The notes under the pieces are model-generated. The model was not told the origin of the DNA. It did not search any database and saw nothing but the letters and a program-made list of their open reading frames with translations. The position numbers and the translations under genes were made by a program. 64,000 nt of DNA, from NCBI GenBank assembly GCA_964106915.2, contig OZ066920.1; one strand, written 5' to 3'. Below, piece after piece: positions 59,468-64,000 of this stretch (within the stretch, counting starts at the first letter, position 1; each line of letters opens with the position of its first letter). This DNA is from Podarcis gaigeae (taxonomy: Eukaryota).

Positions 59468-62400
59468 CTGCCAAAAGAAAGAGAGGATCATAGGATTAAT
59501 TATAGCCGTTCTATTAAATGAGTACTACATTTATTAAGGCTTGCTGATCATTGTTAACAAGGCTCAATAGCTTTCCATGTATGCTTTTGTCTCCTATAAA
59601 ACAAATTATAGCTGTGAAAAGCAGAGAAAAGCAGTATTTTATATGTTAATGGAGTGATCACAATACTTACCAAAATAACTAGAGCTTCATCAGCAAAAGC
59701 TGGCCCAAAGTCTATTATTAGACCTTAACAGTAGGTCACGTAAGAAAAAATTGAGACTCTGGTTTGATTTTAAATATGCTTACCCACTTCTCGGTTTCTT
59801 ACACAACAGCAGGCAGATATTGTTCAACAGTTTACAACTTCATTTAACCTATTTGTCAACAATAAAATAATCCTATTGGACAGGAGGGGTCACTTTAGTC
59901 CTCAATGAGTATACAAATAAGATATGAAAGGACTAAATCATAGAGCTGAACAAGCTAGTAAAGATAGTCAAACTGATGATATTGAACTTGTATATTTTAT
60001 ATACAGTAGAGACGTTTATCTCCCTCAGCTGTTGGTTATTTTCTAAATATAGTGAAATTAAGCAACAGGTAGCACAGAATAAGCTCCTCTGCTTCTTCCA
60101 TTTTTGCAAGGAGCAAGGGTACTGTTATTCACTGTACACTGAAACACAACATGACCTCAATAAACATGTCCTTCCACTTAAATACCTTGCCTTTGTTTTG
60201 ACAGCACAACTGTTCTGTATTCAGTGTACAAATAGAGCTCAATACTTTGGGTATAACATAAAAGCTATTGGAAATGGAAAACACAAAGAACGGGCAACCA
60301 ATTTTATATGATTGATATTCTGAGGCTGAATTCATGAACTGAACGTGCTGCATTTGAATTGGTATGTAACTCAGCTGATGAATTATACAACATGCTATAG
60401 GATCCACATTAAGAATAAGAAATACTTAAGCATTCATGGAGCAGAAACAAGAGCTAAAATATCTGAAGAACGAACATCCTACTTATAATTTCTCAAAGCA
60501 CAAAAGGAAGACAGACTACAGAACCAGCATTCTACAGTTATTTGTACTAATTTTAAAGCAACCCTTTTGTAAGCCCCTAAAAAGAAAAGAAAATTAATGG
60601 CTAGCAAAAGCAAACAAAATCAAAACAATTTGATTTTCTTCTGTGACTAAAGATAAAAGTAGCAAATGCAATGTAGTCTGTCATTAGCAAGACTTTTGGA
60701 TTGGTTTTACCTCAAAGTTTGAGCTAGAGAACACTGACCGAAAGATCTTGGCATCAAATTAGTGGTATCAAATTACTGGTATCAGCTTGTAGAAATTGAA
60801 CACTAAAATACTATGAATGGATGGTGCAATTGAGAAACCATATAAACTCAAGTCTCAGAAGTATTATTGCTGGGCCTTATTGTTGTTCAACATTGTTAAT
60901 GAGTTGCATTAACGGAGAGTTTGCACATAAAGTGTGCACATGGCACAGAGTTGGAAAAGACGACAACTATTTTTAAAAGTAGACTTAAGATCCACTAAAT
61001 GTAAACGGAAAACCTAGCTGTAAAGGAAAAGGATAAGATCCAACATAATGTTAGCACAAGCTTGAAAGTTGACATCATTGTGCAAGCAGTAGCACACCAA
61101 CTTATCTCTCACTAAGAAGAAGAAGAATAGTGTTTGCACAACATGATTTGCAAGCATCAAAAACCCATTAGAATTGGCTCTTGTGCTATGCTAACAAGGT
61201 TCTGATGAACAGACTAGCTGTTGTGTGAGTGGACTGCGACAATTGTATTTTTGACATTGTCAGTGCCAAATAAAAAATGAGAATAGTGATTTTTAGAAGA
61301 AAAATACTGATTAACCAGTCATGAATCAACTTTTATGCAAAGGATCTGGGCTGTTTATGAAAGAATATTGCTAAAAATTAATGATACCAGCTGCTGTACA
61401 AGATTCAACCTGTTTCATTTTTGTACTATTTGCCTTATGACAACTTATGCAGTAAGTTTTGCTTACCATGAGGATTTGTGAAGGAAGATATTCTAGGGGA
61501 CAAACCCTTCTCTCTCTCACCCTTCAGTGGGCAAGAAACAAATAAAGCTGAGAAAAGCTGAGAAATGCTCTGTACTCCCATCGCTTAGCAGCCTGCCCAT
61601 CCCACCTTATTTCTCTTGGTAGGGTCAGCCTTTTGTTGTGGTGGTGGTGGTACTTTTAAAAGGAACCATGGATGCATTACCTTTGTCAATTATGTGAATT
61701 AAACCTGGTTATGGTATTCCAGTTTTGTTCTAACCAATATAATACAATATCACATTTCTTGTGAATTCCAAAATACTGAAGTTATTTTTTCGCTTTTACT
61801 TCAGCACTTCATTGTCAAAACCTTTTAATATGGGATGGCATTCAACCAGATTTTGCTCAGAGTAGACCCATTGAAATTAATGGATATCAGTAAGTTGGGT
61901 CCATTAATTTCAGCAGGTCTGCTCTAAGTAAAACATAGTTGAATATCACTGATGGCTGTCTCACCTCACAAACTGTATACCAGATTCAACAAATCTACTA
62001 ATATTATTATACTGTATACACCTTCACATGGCGACAAAACAAATAAACAGTCCAGAAAAACATTGGATTTTTTCAGCAAATGCTTATAATACTAAGCAAC
62101 TAAAATTAGAAATAACGCAAGGGCAAGGGCCTATCTCTGAAAAGCAGAATAAGAAACCCACAGCAGTTGAACTGGTGCACAACAAGCAGCAGAAGCATTT
62201 TATCAACAAAATAAATGGTGTATATGAAGCAAGCAATACACAGCATGCTCATAATTTACCTGAATTATATGAATAAATGCCTTTATCTGGAAAAAATGTT
62301 AAAATGAAGTGATATCAGAAACAAATACATGAGGACTTGACATGCAACAGGCATGTGTATCATCTGGCAACTTAGTTTTGGATAACAGTTTTATGTGGAA

Positions 62401-62659
62401 CAGCTAGTTAAATCTTTACACTACAATCCTATGCATGTTTTTCTTAGATTGAAATCTCACTGTGTTCAATGGGGCTTACACTGCATTAAGTGTATTTAGA
62501 ACTGCAGCCTAAGAGTGAGTTTGTTTTTTAAATCCATACAAACCAGAAAACGATAGTTCCTGCAAACTGAACCACAAATGCTATTCCGGCAACTATTATG
62601 ATATTATTTTCAACATATTATAACAAACAATGTAATCCTATCCTCAAGCTACACCACCA

Positions 62660-62892
62660 AGCAGGGTCAGGGTTGGTGAGGTGGGCCCCCGCCAGGAGCG
62701 CAGGCGATGGGGGGGCGGTGGCGCAAAATCGGCTACAAAATATGTCCATAAATATAAATATTGATTATTGCCTCATAAGAAATGGTTTTAAATAGGGGGT
62801 GAATTGAATGGGGGGGTTGCAGGAGAGGTGGAAAGAAGAGCTAATTTGTCTGTGGCTAGGGGGCACAATCTGGGCGTTTCTGCCAGGGGCGC
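62660..62892. mobile_element. GC-rich non-autonomous DNA transposon remnant (possibly PIF/Harbinger-type)
   Basis: Abrupt GC-rich island ending GCCAGGGGCGCAAGATCACCTAGCTACGG. Family assignment is tentative. Confidence 0.35.
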
Positions 62893-64000
62893 AAGATCAC
62901 CTAGCTACGGTTCTGATCTTATGACACCAAAAACACATCAAGATCAGTCCTGGGCAAGTCCCCCTGGAGAGGACGTGACAAAGTTAGGATCTTACAACTG
63001 AAAGGACTCTACTTCCAATCAATACCCGCCTTATCTCTGAAGGCAGGAGGAACCTAAGAAGGCCCTTGTTGTTTTGAAAGTTTATACTGGAGCAGGCAGG
63101 CCTCAAGGTACTCAATCTCAAGACATCTAGCACTTTGAAGATGAAGTCCAACACTTTGAATCATTCTTAGAAATGAGCTGAAAATCAATGAAGCAGCCTA
63201 CAGAAATGCTTGTAATGTTTTCCATAGGCCTGGTCCCAACCAGCAATCTATTTAAAGCAACTGAAGTTTTCTAACAGGGCTGTCCCACATGAATTTTCTT
63301 TGCAATAAGCTACCCCTGTTACTTTCTAGGAGTCATATAGCTGTCACAGGAATAGGACCCTTAAAAGAACAGAAAGGTTGCAAAGCCTTTAGATATGTTG
63401 ATTTCAGACTCCATTCCCCAGCTGACATAGTTCATTAAAATCTGTGGACATCTGTCTCTGCTTCTTTGACCATGAGCAGAGAGGGGGCTTCCCCTTTCCC
63501 TTTTCATCCCACCTATCTTCACAGTTTTGTTTTAACTTTAACAGCCCTTTAACATTCTTTCTGATTTACTGTTCAAATCCTATGTATATGCTGTGCATGT
63601 TTTCTCAAAAGTTCCCCAAATTCAATGTGATTTCCTCCCAAATAAGTGTGCATAGGATTGCAGCCTCAAATAACTTATCCGTGCATTACAATACAAATTA
63701 TAGTCATAAACCTGCGAAGAAACCATTCAAACATGCAAATTAACAAAACATGCCCAAAACACCAATTTCATATAAGAGAAAAAATATGTGGACATATGAA
63801 GAAGAAATAATGTATATCATTCTTTTGCTTTGGCCAAAGATCTAGCTAGTTTAGCATTCTGTTTCCAACAGTCGTCAGCCAGATGTTTCGAGGAAACTTA
63901 CATGCAACATCCCTTCCAACTCTACAATTCTATGATTTCATATGAAACCCTCCCCAGTTTGTTGCAAGCAACTGCTATTTTGTTGCTGCTGCCTTGTAAC

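Overview
Eukaryotic, AT-rich genomic DNA from a squamate, most likely a lacertid lizard, judging by the Sauria SINEs, Squam3-like SINEs and lizard-type CR1/L2/L1/RTE fragments and MITEs. The whole window appears to lie inside one minus-strand gene, RIMS2 (RIM2, a presynaptic active-zone scaffold). It covers the linker between the C2A and C2B domains, which includes alternative-splice sites B and C flanking the RIM-BP-binding RQLPQLP motif. I reconstructed 7 exons recognisable as RIM2 (59399-59467, 53639-53795, 50655-50771, 41302-41367, 26019-26192, 24773-24882, 11491-11532). I also found 3 frame-preserving candidate cassette exons absent from the canonical mammalian RIM2-alpha sequence as I recall it: 39555-39662 (108 nt), 19701-19742 (42 nt, GC donor) and 15996-16085 (90 nt). 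The main oddities are a CG in place of AG at the homologous acceptor of the 'MITE(D/E)...' microexon, and a GC-donor microexon bracketed by inverted SINE sequence. A Penelope-like inverted-repeat insertion carrying a minimal hammerhead ribozyme motif and a perfect 43-nt dispersed duplication also stand out. No start or stop codon of RIMS2 is in the window. Almost all ORFs in the supplied track are spurious or transposon remnants. All homology calls are from recall, not database searches.
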